Assembly: GCA_018813505.1 (NCBI GenBank)
Contig: JAHJBM010000069.1
Location: 1 to 53,227, forward strand
Length of the DNA stretch: 53,227 nucleotides
Direction: 5' to 3'
Source: Candidatus Micrarchaeota archaeon
GTDB lineage: Archaea; Micrarchaeota; Micrarchaeia; Anstonellales; Bilamarchaeaceae
The position numbers and the translations under genes are program-made. Of the stretch, positions 10,086-19,710 are shown piece after piece; positions within the stretch are counted from its first letter, which is position 1, and the number at the start of each line of letters is the position of its first letter. Below the pieces are notes generated by a model. That model was not told the origin of the DNA and made no database searches. It worked only from the letters and a program-made list of their open reading frames with translations.

Positions 10086-10949
10086 ATGTGGAAGGGACGC
10101 CAATCAATTTTACATTCTAAACTCGATAACTTTAATCTGGCCGTTGCAAAGCCATTGTCTAATACAGCATTACCGATGTTGGAAACCATTCTACTTGCAG
10201 ATCGCAAGGGCGCTATATTATTGCCAAACAACCTGTTCGATAAATTGAGGGCACAAGGAAAAACTAATGATGGAAAAAAATACTGGACTGGTACATTAAC
10301 TGCTCATAGTAAGCTAACTTGCGGCGTATTTGATTCTGATGAACTATCATCTGAACATAATTCTACCATTGTCTTTGGTATCCCACCAAATTTCATTGGA
10401 AAAGCAGGGATAATTACAGTGAATCATGGGGATTTTACAGTCGTATTGTATGAAGGAACCTATTACATTCTTCCACGTGGAAGTACCCACCAACCATATA
10501 CGCGCAACCCATATACGCGCAACCCATATACCTACGATCCAAATCCCTATCAATTAATTCCTATGAATGCAATTGGTGACACGAAATGTTTGATGGTTCA
10601 TGCTGCCTCAGGCATTCCAATGAATCCACGGTTTCTTGACTGGTTAGGTGATACTATTGGTTCAAAAAAGTTAACTCTGCAGTATGCTTCCAGTGTTTCA
10701 CTTGTCTTGCGAGAAAATGATGAAATTGTTATTGGTGCAAAAAAAAGCCAACTAGCTGACGCATTCATCTATCCAGCTGCCAATGAAACAAATTTCGAAG
10801 ACGTAATTCCAAAGTGGCTGGAACAAGGAATTGGTAGGAATCTAAAGGTTATAATCCAAGAATTATGTGGTTTTAGTGAAACTTTAAAAATCGCTATAGA
10901 TGAAATTATCAGAAGAACTGAATTACATGGCTCTCCTTTCAGAGATTAA
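10086..10949 (+). CDS. Hypothetical protein with an internal PYTRN tandem repeat
   Basis: 287-aa ORF; TATA-like TTTTTAAATA about 25 nt upstream. Confidence 0.7.
   Translation: MWKGRQSILHSKLDNFNLAVAKPLSNTALPMLETILLADRKGAILLPNNLFDKLRAQGKTNDGKKYWTGTLTAHSKLTCGVFDSDELSSEHNSTIVFGIPPNFIGKAGIITVNHGDFTVVLYEGTYYILPRGSTHQPYTRNPYTRNPYTYDPNPYQLIPMNAIGDTKCLMVHAASGIPMNPRFLDWLGDTIGSKKLTLQYASSVSLVLRENDEIVIGAKKSQLADAFIYPAANETNFEDVIPKWLEQGIGRNLKVIIQELCGFSETLKIAIDEIIRRTELHGSPFRD
10494..10531 (+). repeat. 15-bp in-frame tandem repeat CCATATACGCGCAAC x2.5
   Basis: Exact copies at 10494-10508 and 10509-10523, partial copy at 10524-10531. Confidence 0.9.
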
Positions 10950-11051
10950 TAATTGACCTGATTCTTCAAATTTTCAATCAATTCGCAATCATCAACTATT
11001 TTACATCTGAATTGAAACTAATTAATAAATGTCCTATATAAACCATCCTCT

Positions 11052-11948
11052 ATGATCGATCTTCATGCCCATACAAATGCCTCAGATGGCAGGTTGTCTC
11101 TTGAAGAACTTGTGGCACAGGCAGAAAATGCCGGGTTGAAGGCAATTGCAATTACTGATCATGATACCATCCAAAATGCAAAGCGAATAAAAGAGATTAA
11201 AATCTCGAAATCCAATCTAGGAATAGAATTAATCCCAGGAATAGAAATTTCTGTTTATGATTACGAATTGAATTATGTGGAATTACATATTCTTGGTCTT
11301 TTCATTGATACTGAAAATCAAAAGCTTAATTCAAAGCTCAAAGACCTGGAAAAACAAAGAATTGATCAGAAAAAGGCTACAATTCAGAAATTAAATGAAC
11401 TTGGGTATGGAATAACTTTTGAAGAAATTGTGGCTCAGGCAAAAGGCTCAGTGAGCAGAGTTCATATTGCGAGAGTTTTGATGGAAAAATATCCAAACAA
11501 ATTCAAATCTGTTCCTGATGCATTTTTCAAGTTGCTTGACAAAGGAAAACCTGCATTTGTTTCTCGTAAAGTCTCATTCAAACTTAAAGATACAATCGAT
11601 CTTATTCATGAAGCGAGAGGTTTAGCAATATTATGCCATCCTGGGTTTTTTGATGGAGACAAAAACAAATTATTTCAAGATTTCAAAAAGCTTGGCGGTG
11701 ATGGGGTAGAATCTGTTTATGATTATGTTGCCAACGCTGCATCACGCAAAGTAAATTCTGGCGATAATGAAAAGTTTGCAAAAGAATTCCTCAAGATCGC
11801 CAAAGAAATGAGTTTTCTTGAAAGTGGGGGTTCTGATTTTCATGGTCCAAATAAAGGTTCGAAACTTGGGGAATTGGATGTGCCAGATAAATTTCTAGAG
11901 AAAATGAAAGAACATATGAAAGAAAATATGGAAGAAAAGAAGAAATGA
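11052..11948 (+). CDS. PHP-domain phosphoesterase (TrpH/YciV-like)
   Basis: DLHAHTNASDG, AITDHDT, GIEIS, HILGL, CHP and GGSDFHG motifs. Confidence 0.92.
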   Translation: MIDLHAHTNASDGRLSLEELVAQAENAGLKAIAITDHDTIQNAKRIKEIKISKSNLGIELIPGIEISVYDYELNYVELHILGLFIDTENQKLNSKLKDLEKQRIDQKKATIQKLNELGYGITFEEIVAQAKGSVSRVHIARVLMEKYPNKFKSVPDAFFKLLDKGKPAFVSRKVSFKLKDTIDLIHEARGLAILCHPGFFDGDKNKLFQDFKKLGGDGVESVYDYVANAASRKVNSGDNEKFAKEFLKIAKEMSFLESGGSDFHGPNKGSKLGELDVPDKFLEKMKEHMKENMEEKKK

Positions 11949-12009
11949 GGACATACAAAAAAGAAATCCTTTTAAGCACCTTTCATACATTACTATTAAC
12001 TGGTTCTTT

Positions 12010-13566
12010 ATGACGAAGATTAGCCGAGCGCTGGTCAGCGTCTACGATAAAAGCAATATCGCAGAGCTGGTGCGCTTTCTCTCTGAAAATGGTGTTGAGA
12101 TATTATCAACCGGTGGTACTGCCAGATTACTTTCAAAATCAGGAATAAAAGTTACTGAAGTATCTGATTTTACAAAATCGCCTGAAATGATGGATGGCAG
12201 GGTCAAAACCATTCATCCGAAAATCCATGGCGGTATTCTTGCCGATCGTTCAAACAAGGAACACATGAAACAGGCAGAAATTCATGCCATGAAAATGATT
12301 GATCTGGTTATCGTGAATCTTTATCCTTTTGAACAGGCCGTGTTAGGGGGCAAATCACATGAAGAAATCATTGAGAATATCGATATTGGTGGCCCTACGC
12401 TTCTGCGTTCTGCTGCAAAAAACTACAAAAGTGTTGCAGTAGTCACGAATCCCAACAGATACCGAACCATCATGGATGAAATTTCAAAGAGTGGAAAAAT
12501 ATCCGACAAAACGCGTCAAACACTTGCAATTGAGGCATGGGAACATGTTGCACATTATGATGTCGTTATAGAAAAATATTTCAGAAAGACATTTGGAAAT
12601 GTTTTTGATTATCCTGAAAACATGAATCTCACTTTCAAAAAGAAACAGGATCTTCGTTATGGTGAAAATCCTCATCAGACTAGCGCATTCTATGTAGATC
12701 GACACGATGGCGAACCGTCAATCACAACAGCGGAACAACTTCAGGGTAAGCTGTTATCATATAACAACATTCTCGATGGTAATTCTGCACTAGAGCTTAT
12801 CAAAGAATTTGATGAGGATCCAACTGCAGTCGTAGTAAAACACAACAATCCATCTGGTGTGGCTTCTCACAACGAAATCCTCGAGGCATACAAACTTGCA
12901 CGTTCTGTTGATCCAGAAGCTGCCTTTGGCGGTGTGGTATGTATCAATCGCGAGGTGGATGAAATTCTTGCTCAAGAAATCTCGTCAAAGTTTGTTGAAA
13001 TGGTAATTGCTCCATCATTTACTGATGCTGCAATAAAGACATTTGCAAAAAAGAAAAATGTTCGTTTGCTTAAGGTTGAAGGTATCACAAAAAAACGCAA
13101 ACCATATCGGGAGTATCGTTCTGTAGTTGGGGGGTTACTTGTTCAGGATGGTAATGTCAAATTGCATGATGGCACTTTCAATATCGTGACGAAAAGAAAA
13201 CCTACGGAAGAAGAAATGCTGGCCATGAAATATGCCTGGAAAGTATGCAAGTACGTCAAATCAAATTCAATAGTTTATGCAAGGTCAACGCGTGTTGTTG
13301 GCATAGGTGCGGGCCAGATGAAACGTGTTGATGCTGCCAGGTTAGCAGCAGAAATCGCAGCTGATTTTGGCCTTGATCTCAAGGGATGTGCCATGGCTTC
13401 TGATGCGTTCTTCCCGTTTCGTGATGGTGTTGATGCAGCGGCAAAACGAGGTATTACTACAGTTATTCAGCCAGGTGGTTCAATACGCGATCAGGAAATA
13501 ATTGATGCGTGCAATGAAAATGGCATGGTAATGGTTTTCACTGGCATAAGACATTTCAGACATTAA
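12010..13566 (+). CDS. purH: Bifunctional AICAR transformylase/IMP cyclohydrolase
   Basis: RALVSVYDK, STGGT, GRVKTIHP, IDIGGPT, LRYGENPHQ, SDAFFPFRD, IQPGGSIRD and RHFRH motifs. Confidence 0.97.
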   Translation: MTKISRALVSVYDKSNIAELVRFLSENGVEILSTGGTARLLSKSGIKVTEVSDFTKSPEMMDGRVKTIHPKIHGGILADRSNKEHMKQAEIHAMKMIDLVIVNLYPFEQAVLGGKSHEEIIENIDIGGPTLLRSAAKNYKSVAVVTNPNRYRTIMDEISKSGKISDKTRQTLAIEAWEHVAHYDVVIEKYFRKTFGNVFDYPENMNLTFKKKQDLRYGENPHQTSAFYVDRHDGEPSITTAEQLQGKLLSYNNILDGNSALELIKEFDEDPTAVVVKHNNPSGVASHNEILEAYKLARSVDPEAAFGGVVCINREVDEILAQEISSKFVEMVIAPSFTDAAIKTFAKKKNVRLLKVEGITKKRKPYREYRSVVGGLLVQDGNVKLHDGTFNIVTKRKPTEEEMLAMKYAWKVCKYVKSNSIVYARSTRVVGIGAGQMKRVDAARLAAEIAADFGLDLKGCAMASDAFFPFRDGVDAAAKRGITTVIQPGGSIRDQEIIDACNENGMVMVFTGIRHFRH

Positions 13567-13579
13567 TTTCTGTGATTCT

Positions 13580-13987
13580 ATGCCATCTATATTTGCCAAA
13601 CCCTCAAATCTTCTCTCTAAAGAGGGTGAACGTGTTGCTGCGGAAAAAAAGGCACTCCGTCCTTTATTATGGGTAGTTCCTACCAGTGTAATGGTTGCAG
13701 GTATCTATACATCTCATTGTGATATGATTTCGTCCATAGAACAATCCCGTGCATCTGATTTGAGAAAACTCAAAGCAAATGAAGCTGGGAGCGAGCCAGA
13801 TGATATTCAGCTTGCTACTGTACAAGTCAATTTACGATACGATTCTCTTGTTTCTGAAGCTGAGTTCAAGGCAGGTACTGGCACTGCAATGATTGTTGCA
13901 ATGTGCCTTGTTCTGATTTACTATGCAGATAAACTGTTGTTTGCCAAACGTTCTAGCGATTACATCAATAAGATTATTAGGAAATGA
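13580..13987 (+). CDS. Hypothetical membrane protein (two hydrophobic segments)
   Basis: 135-aa ORF directly after purH. Confidence 0.6.
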   Translation: MPSIFAKPSNLLSKEGERVAAEKKALRPLLWVVPTSVMVAGIYTSHCDMISSIEQSRASDLRKLKANEAGSEPDDIQLATVQVNLRYDSLVSEAEFKAGTGTAMIVAMCLVLIYYADKLLFAKRSSDYINKIIRK

Positions 13988-14003
13988 GTTTATCTCGAAT
14001 TAT

Positions 14004-14993
14004 TCAAAGTACTTTTGCATATCTTTCAGCCAGATCAACATACTTTTCAATTCTTTTTTTCGCTTCGTTGTTTGGATGTTGCGAATATTCTATTGCTGCA
14101 ATTTTTGCCCTTACATTTGCTCTATAGCATTTGTACAAGTTTAAAAGTGTTCTGAGTTCCGTATCTTTTGTTTTGGAAATATATTCATCAACAAAAATTT
14201 CAGAAAGTTCATATCTTCCAAAGGCATCAAGATCCATAGCCATGAAAGCGATTTCGCTTGCCACATCAATATATCTGAAATCTTTACTGAACTCAATACA
14301 ATCAAAAATAACTGTCCTGTCTTCTAAAACAAAAATATTTGCAGAATGCAGATCACCGTGACAGTCCTTTATCCTTCCATGTTTCTGTCGTTTATCAAAT
14401 ATGTCTGCATTCTCATTTATGAATTTACCAGATCTCTCAAGTATCAAATCAACCTTCTTTCCGAATTCGCAGGATTTCTCTATCACTTCCCTGAAATTTC
14501 CAAGGTCATCTATCTGGTTTTTTACTGTCATTGAAGATCCATATCCTGGATCATTTATCGTTTCTACTTTGCTATGGAAATCTGCTATGATAGTTGCTAT
14601 TTCAACTATTTTTTCTTTTTCCAAATTATTATTTATGAGAAGTATGTCCATTCTTTTTTCCTGAGGTAGTCTCTTCATTTTTACTGCATATTCAACTATA
14701 TCGCCTGATTGTTCTATCGCCATGCCATCATTCGTTGATACTATCGGCACAACCTCAATGTATACCTCTGGTGAAAGCCTTTTGTTGAGCCTGACTTCCT
14801 CTTCACACAAATTCTTTCTCTTTTCAAGTGTTGAGAAATCAAGAAATGAAAATTTTAATGGTTTCTTTATCTTATATACCTCATCACTGCCTAAAAGTAT
14901 CCATGATATGTGGGTTTCTATGAGTTCAAACTGCATTTTTTCTGCAAGTGCATTTATATCTTCACCATTCATTTTTTCCACCAATGAATTCAT
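14004..14993 (-). CDS. APH/kinase-like fold protein (COG2187-type; N-terminal half of Rv2004c-like proteins)
   Basis: IETHISW, YKIKKP, FLDFSTLEKR, EEVRLNKRLSP, CHGDLH, FDCIEF and YRANVRAKI motifs. Confidence 0.88.
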   Translation of the reverse strand: MNSLVEKMNGEDINALAEKMQFELIETHISWILLGSDEVYKIKKPLKFSFLDFSTLEKRKNLCEEEVRLNKRLSPEVYIEVVPIVSTNDGMAIEQSGDIVEYAVKMKRLPQEKRMDILLINNNLEKEKIVEIATIIADFHSKVETINDPGYGSSMTVKNQIDDLGNFREVIEKSCEFGKKVDLILERSGKFINENADIFDKRQKHGRIKDCHGDLHSANIFVLEDRTVIFDCIEFSKDFRYIDVASEIAFMAMDLDAFGRYELSEIFVDEYISKTKDTELRTLLNLYKCYRANVRAKIAAIEYSQHPNNEAKKRIEKYVDLAERYAKVL

Positions 14994-15465
14994 TTACTAT
15001 TGCAACTCTTTTCTTTAGCGGCAACAGCATATCTATTGTGAGATGCCTGCCTTCTATCGGTTCAAATATGTCCCTTAGTTTGAGATAAACATTATAATCT
15101 GCATCACTCACGTTGGATTTTCTCCTCTTTAATCTTTGTTCTATCTCTTTTTCAGGAAGGGTACAAAGGACGAAGTAATATTTTTCTCCAAGTGATTCTG
15201 CAGTGCTTGACATCATATTCCTATATTGATTTTGATAAAATGTGGCATCAAGTATCACAATTTTTCCTTTGGCAAGATAATCTCTTGTTTCTTTCTTAAG
15301 TCTGGAGTATACCTGGGTTTTTTCTTCAATTGTATATGTCGGGTTTGGGAACATTTTTTTCCTTACAATATCGCTGTTTATATGGATCCCATCAATTTTT
15401 TTTGCAAGTTCTTTTGAAAAAGAACTCTTGCCAGTGCCGGGTAATCCGCAAACTAAAATCAGCAT
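14962..15465 (-). CDS. AAA_33 P-loop kinase (COG0645-type)
   Basis: CGLPGTGKS Walker A, SDIVRK, VILDATF, RLKRR...SDAD; overlaps the downstream APH-like gene. Confidence 0.88.
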   Translation of the reverse strand: MLILVCGLPGTGKSSFSKELAKKIDGIHINSDIVRKKMFPNPTYTIEEKTQVYSRLKKETRDYLAKGKIVILDATFYQNQYRNMMSSTAESLGEKYYFVLCTLPEKEIEQRLKRRKSNVSDADYNVYLKLRDIFEPIEGRHLTIDMLLPLKKRVAIVNEFIGGKNEW

Positions 15466-15855
15466 TATTCCTATCTGTTCTATCTAATTTATAATTCTCG
15501 CTGGAATGGTTGTTATAATAAAGAGATTAATATGGTGTTCTATCTCTTGTTTTTTGGTTTTCTGTTACAGAAGAGAAAGTCGTATTAAGTATAATCTAAT
15601 GGTTTTACTTTCTCTTCGGAGAAATTAGCAAGTTTTTTATATGGCCGTATATTTCTCGTCGAAGATTTTTCTTCTTTTTAAATATTTTTGTCTATTTTTT
15701 TATCTCGGTACTACGACGTAAAAGTCTATCAGACGTTAAGATCACCTGTTTAAATCCTTCCTATACATCCAGCTAACACATATTCTTCTGATCTGGTATG
15801 TTGGATTTGGAAGATATGTTTGAACTTGGAATATATGATGTTTTTTGGTGGTATT

Positions 15856-15927
15856 ATGAGCGACGATGATATGGAAGATGAAGATGAATTCGATGAAGAA
15901 GATGGGGAAGAAGACGAAGAATTATAA
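15856..15927 (+). CDS. Possible 23-aa highly acidic peptide MSDDDMEDEDEFDEEDGEEDEEL
   Basis: GGTGG SD-like sequence just before the ATG and strongly biased Asp/Glu codons. May be the frameshifted 3' half of a gene starting at 15798. Confidence 0.35.
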   Translation: MSDDDMEDEDEFDEEDGEEDEEL

Positions 15928-15964
15928 CTGACGTCTTTTTTTATCTTTTCATTGTTAAATTCTC

Positions 15965-16957
15965 ATGGACTCTAAACTGTTATTTATTCTTTTATGTTTT
16001 ATTTTTTTTGTTGGTTGTGTTGGTAATAATCCTATTCCCTCTGATGCCGATTCTCCTGCTATTGATACGCCTATCGTGCCGTTCAGTGTTGACAGAGAAT
16101 CAAAAATACCTCTAAACGCAGTGAAAATGCTGCCAGCGGATGATTTTTATCCGCCCCAGCTTCATTCAGATCAATGGGAAGAACCAGAGCCTCTTTCCTA
16201 TCCTATAAATACTAGGGGTGCAGAGGATTCGCCTTTTGTCATGCCAGATGGAAATACTATTTATGTTTGGTTTACTCCAAACAATAGGATGGACATATCT
16301 GAGCAAGTCCAAGATGAGGTGACTGGAATTTACAAGTTTGGAAAACAAGAAGATGGTAGCTGGAGCGATGCAGAACGGATTTGGCTTGTTGAACCAGGAA
16401 AACCGCATTTAGATGGATGTGGGTTTTTTCAAGACAATAAAGTTTGGATCTGTGGTGCAAGAGAAGGTTATACTGGGCTTCATTGGTTCACATCTGAATT
16501 TAGCAATGGTAAATGGTCTATCGCAGAAATTTCAGACTTTAATCCTGATTATGAGGTTGGAGAACTGCACATTTCAAATGATGGCAATGAGCTTTATTAT
16601 CATTCTCCAAGGGCTGGTGGTAAAGGTGGGTATGATCTTTGGATGAGCAAAAAGATGGATGGGGAATGGCAGGAACCAACAAAACTCGAAATCCTAAACA
16701 CAGAACAGACTGAAGGATGGCCATACCTTAGCCAGGATGGCTCAGAACTTTGGTTTACGCGCGTTTACATGGGAAGTCCTGCAATCTATCGTTCGATAAG
16801 AGGGACCGATGACGAATGGCAGGAACCTGAGCTTATACTTTCACAATTCGCAGGTGAGCCGACTTTAGATAATGATGGCAACATATATTTCACCCATCAT
16901 TTCTATGAAAACGGGACTATGATTGAAGCTGATATTTACGTTGCAATGAAAAAGTAG
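15965..16957 (+). CDS. Lipoprotein with PD40/TolB-like beta-propeller repeats
   Basis: FVGC lipobox-like motif; repeated blades SPFVMPDGNTIYV, LHISNDGNELYY, PYLSQDGSELWF and PTLDNDGNIYF. Confidence 0.85.
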   Translation: MDSKLLFILLCFIFFVGCVGNNPIPSDADSPAIDTPIVPFSVDRESKIPLNAVKMLPADDFYPPQLHSDQWEEPEPLSYPINTRGAEDSPFVMPDGNTIYVWFTPNNRMDISEQVQDEVTGIYKFGKQEDGSWSDAERIWLVEPGKPHLDGCGFFQDNKVWICGAREGYTGLHWFTSEFSNGKWSIAEISDFNPDYEVGELHISNDGNELYYHSPRAGGKGGYDLWMSKKMDGEWQEPTKLEILNTEQTEGWPYLSQDGSELWFTRVYMGSPAIYRSIRGTDDEWQEPELILSQFAGEPTLDNDGNIYFTHHFYENGTMIEADIYVAMKK

Positions 16958-16958
16958 A

Positions 16959-17957
16959 TTATGATCTCTGAACAGCATCTACGAATGGATTCGGGACATG
17001 TTCGTTCAATATAGTTAATATCGAATAATCCTTTATAATATCAGGAAATCTCTTTCTTATTTCATTTATGATCCTATGTACATCACGCACATTCACTGTA
17101 TCAAAATCCACTTCCAGATCCCATTCACCGACGTTCCTATTCAAATATGCCGAGTTTGGATGCTGCACGCAGTATTCTATGAATTCTTTTTCTTTATCTT
17201 CTGTTATATGTTTCAGCCAAAAAAGAATCTTGTATCTTGTATATCCGAATTTTTCCGGATCATAATAAGCTCCAAAAAAACTAATCACTCCGTTGCGCAG
17301 CAGATTCTTTATCCTGTATTGTACTGCGTCCGGGGAGATGCCTAATCTGGTTGCGATTGTCACCGTGCTGGTTCTGGAATTTTCAAACAATTCCCTCATT
17401 ATTCCTTTGTCCAACTCATCAACATCCTCGGTTTTTTCTTCTAATGTTTGCATTCTTGTTGTTCCACGATAACCCGTAAGATAATTAAGAGGAAGGTAGC
17501 CCTGCTGTATGGTTATCGCGATATTCTTTGATTTCATGCAATCTCCGAATCTTTTTGTTAACTCATCGATCTCTTTTTTAAATTCAATTTCATCACGTAG
17601 CGAGTATCTCATTATATAATCCCAGTTTCCTTCCAGTGCAGCAAACCATTGGCCTTTCGGGTGCTTTTTGAGATACGCAATAAACTCATTTTCCTTTTCA
17701 GAGGAAATATTCTCCATCTTCAAATAAAGCCGGTAAGTTTTTAGGCCAAGCTTTGCAAGGTTTGGTTCTGCAAACATCCTGAGAATAATGCCGGATTGAA
17801 TAAGCTTGTTGATCCGGTATTCCACCGTGTTGCTCTTTAGTCTCACTTTTTTTCCTATTTCTGTATAAGATTGCCTGGAATTCTCCTCGAGTTCGTGCAT
17901 TATCTGCCTGTCTTTCTTATCGAGTTTTATCTCTGTTCTTTCTTTTATCTTTTCCAT
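16959..17957 (-). CDS. Tandem-duplicated Lrp/AsnC-family regulator
   Basis: Two HTH-RAM units (LDKKDRQIMHELEENSRQSYTEIG...GNWDY; VDELDKGIMRELFENSRTSTVTIA...GEWDL). Confidence 0.9.
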   Translation of the reverse strand: MEKIKERTEIKLDKKDRQIMHELEENSRQSYTEIGKKVRLKSNTVEYRINKLIQSGIILRMFAEPNLAKLGLKTYRLYLKMENISSEKENEFIAYLKKHPKGQWFAALEGNWDYIMRYSLRDEIEFKKEIDELTKRFGDCMKSKNIAITIQQGYLPLNYLTGYRGTTRMQTLEEKTEDVDELDKGIMRELFENSRTSTVTIATRLGISPDAVQYRIKNLLRNGVISFFGAYYDPEKFGYTRYKILFWLKHITEDKEKEFIEYCVQHPNSAYLNRNVGEWDLEVDFDTVNVRDVHRIINEIRKRFPDIIKDYSILTILNEHVPNPFVDAVQRS

Positions 17958-18077
17958 ATATCAATATTTTACGCTATTTTAATATAAATATATCGGAAAT
18001 TTACAAAAAAACTTCTAAAACATATTAAATATCAGTTAATTACATATCCCTCTATAAAATAACACGAAGGTGGAAAA

Positions 18078-18650
18078 ATGACCATGAATGCAAATATTGA
18101 ACTACCAGAAACTCATCTACATAATACTAAACATGCCCGGGGTAAGTCTTTTAACCGGTTCAGGTTGATAAATTCTATTTTTAGTTCAGAGACATCATCA
18201 GATGTTCAAGCCAGTGTTTTACTAAAAGAAATCCAGGGTATGCAGTTAACAGTTGCGAACAGTCGTAGCTTAACGCGCGCGGTACACGAATTAAGTAATT
18301 TTGGTGATCGCAAAGTAAATCCATATACTTTATTGTCTCTATTATCTCCAAAACAATTTTATGTTATGGCGTTATATTCTGATGGTTTATTTGCAACTTA
18401 CGTTTCAGAATTTATTGCATTTAAAGAATTTAAGCATATCCCTGTAGTTCATCCAGCAAGAATAGCTACTCATGCAATATCTGAACAGATTGCTTTTCAT
18501 ATTTTACTCTTTATTGACTTAACTGATAAAGAGTTAACCTCCATCATAAAAAAGTCGAAACACGAAAGTGTACGTGAAGCTGCAACTAAACTTTTAAGTC
18601 TGGGGCTTTTTACGAATACTGAAAACCCTAAACACGAAACCAATAAATAG
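18078..18650 (+). CDS. Hypothetical protein
   Basis: 190-aa ORF with GGTGG SD-like sequence before the ATG. The last codons overlap a 7-nt-periodic tract. Confidence 0.65.
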   Translation: MTMNANIELPETHLHNTKHARGKSFNRFRLINSIFSSETSSDVQASVLLKEIQGMQLTVANSRSLTRAVHELSNFGDRKVNPYTLLSLLSPKQFYVMALYSDGLFATYVSEFIAFKEFKHIPVVHPARIATHAISEQIAFHILLFIDLTDKELTSIIKKSKHESVREAATKLLSLGLFTNTENPKHETNK

Positions 18651-18660
18651 AAAAAGAAAT

Positions 18661-18881
18661 TCCCGCCTACCTGATTTATTCCACTGTTTTTCAACAGCCC
18701 CTTTTTGGGCCGCCTTTTTGGTAAAAAGGCGGAATTGAACAAGTAACCTGCCGGTATCTACTGGATTCCCAGTATTGAAACTCGTAAAAACGAGTAAACC
18801 ATAACTACAGCCGGCCGCTCTACCGTTGCACGCCCTGAATACAAATCTTGAATACAATTCAAGGCTTTGAGCTAAGGCGGG
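18661..18881 (-). tRNA. tRNA-Tyr(GTA) with three introns: 15/16 (18826-18866, 41 nt), 37/38 (18756-18804, 49 nt) and T-loop 58/59 (about 18676-18734, 59 nt)
   Basis: Spliced sequence: CCCGCCT TA GCTC AACGGTA GAGC G GCCGG CTGTAGA CCGGC AGGTT ACTTG TTCAAAT CAGGT AGGCGGG A. C1:G72 and A73 are archaeal Tyr identity elements; A15:U48. TTTATAA box at 18910-18916. T-loop junction is +/-1 nt. Confidence 0.9.
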
Positions 18882-18965
18882 ATTAATATGAATTCATGGG
18901 TCGAACTGCTTATAAATCTAACATTGATCTTCCTCAACAATTGGGATTAAAGTTTTAAATCCTCT

Positions 18966-19670
18966 ATGAGCACTAGCTTCATGCAATCATTATCCAATGG
19001 AAGATCCAAAGAACAGATAATTCATCGTCCAAAAACATTTTCCACCCAGGTCGAATTATTTAAAAAAATCGCTAAAAGCACGTGGATTGCCCTTCCTGAC
19101 AAGGATGTCGTCAAACAACATTCAAAAATTAATAAATTCGATTCACTTGCAGAAATACTGAAGAATGAAGTTAGTTCTTTATCAATGAACGATGTTCAAA
19201 AACCAGAAACGCAGGTTAACGATCGCATCATATCAATCACTGTTTTCATGTATCTTGTTGATTCAGTGCTTGAGATGCACCCTTTGGTAATGGGGAGAAA
19301 TAAGGTCGGTTTATATGCATTGTTTAATTCTGTTTGTGATTCCATATATACATTCCTTACTGATGGATACTTTGAAAAATCAACCTCTGAAATTGTGTAC
19401 GAATTTCATAAAATAGAGCCTCGTTTTGTTGCATGTGCTAATCTTGTGGAGCTTGAAGTAATTCCTGTACATGAAGCAGTTGGTATTTATCAAAGTACTC
19501 TTGCCGAACTTATTACATTGGTGCAAAAGGACAAAACATCAGGTAAAAAATCCAAGTCTAAAAAACCCCCAGCGAAAAAATCCGTCAAGGCAAAACCTAC
19601 AAATCACAAATCTGCCAATTTAAGCAAGTCCAAAATCAAGCGATCAAAACGTTCGAAAAAGAGAAGATGA
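18966..19670 (+). CDS. Hypothetical protein with a Lys/Ser/Arg-rich basic C-terminal tail
   Basis: 234-aa ORF ending KKSKSKKPPAKK...KRSKRSKKRR. Confidence 0.7.
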   Translation: MSTSFMQSLSNGRSKEQIIHRPKTFSTQVELFKKIAKSTWIALPDKDVVKQHSKINKFDSLAEILKNEVSSLSMNDVQKPETQVNDRIISITVFMYLVDSVLEMHPLVMGRNKVGLYALFNSVCDSIYTFLTDGYFEKSTSEIVYEFHKIEPRFVACANLVELEVIPVHEAVGIYQSTLAELITLVQKDKTSGKKSKSKKPPAKKSVKAKPTNHKSANLSKSKIKRSKRSKKRR

Positions 19671-19710
19671 TTATTATTCGATGCTAGAGAATCCAATTAT
19701 CTTTTTCTTT

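Noticed and set aside
18497-18857. ORFs 18497-18742 and 18594-18857 (also 9864-10061)
   Set aside because: They overlap tRNA-Tyr (or tRNA-Asp) and are spurious.
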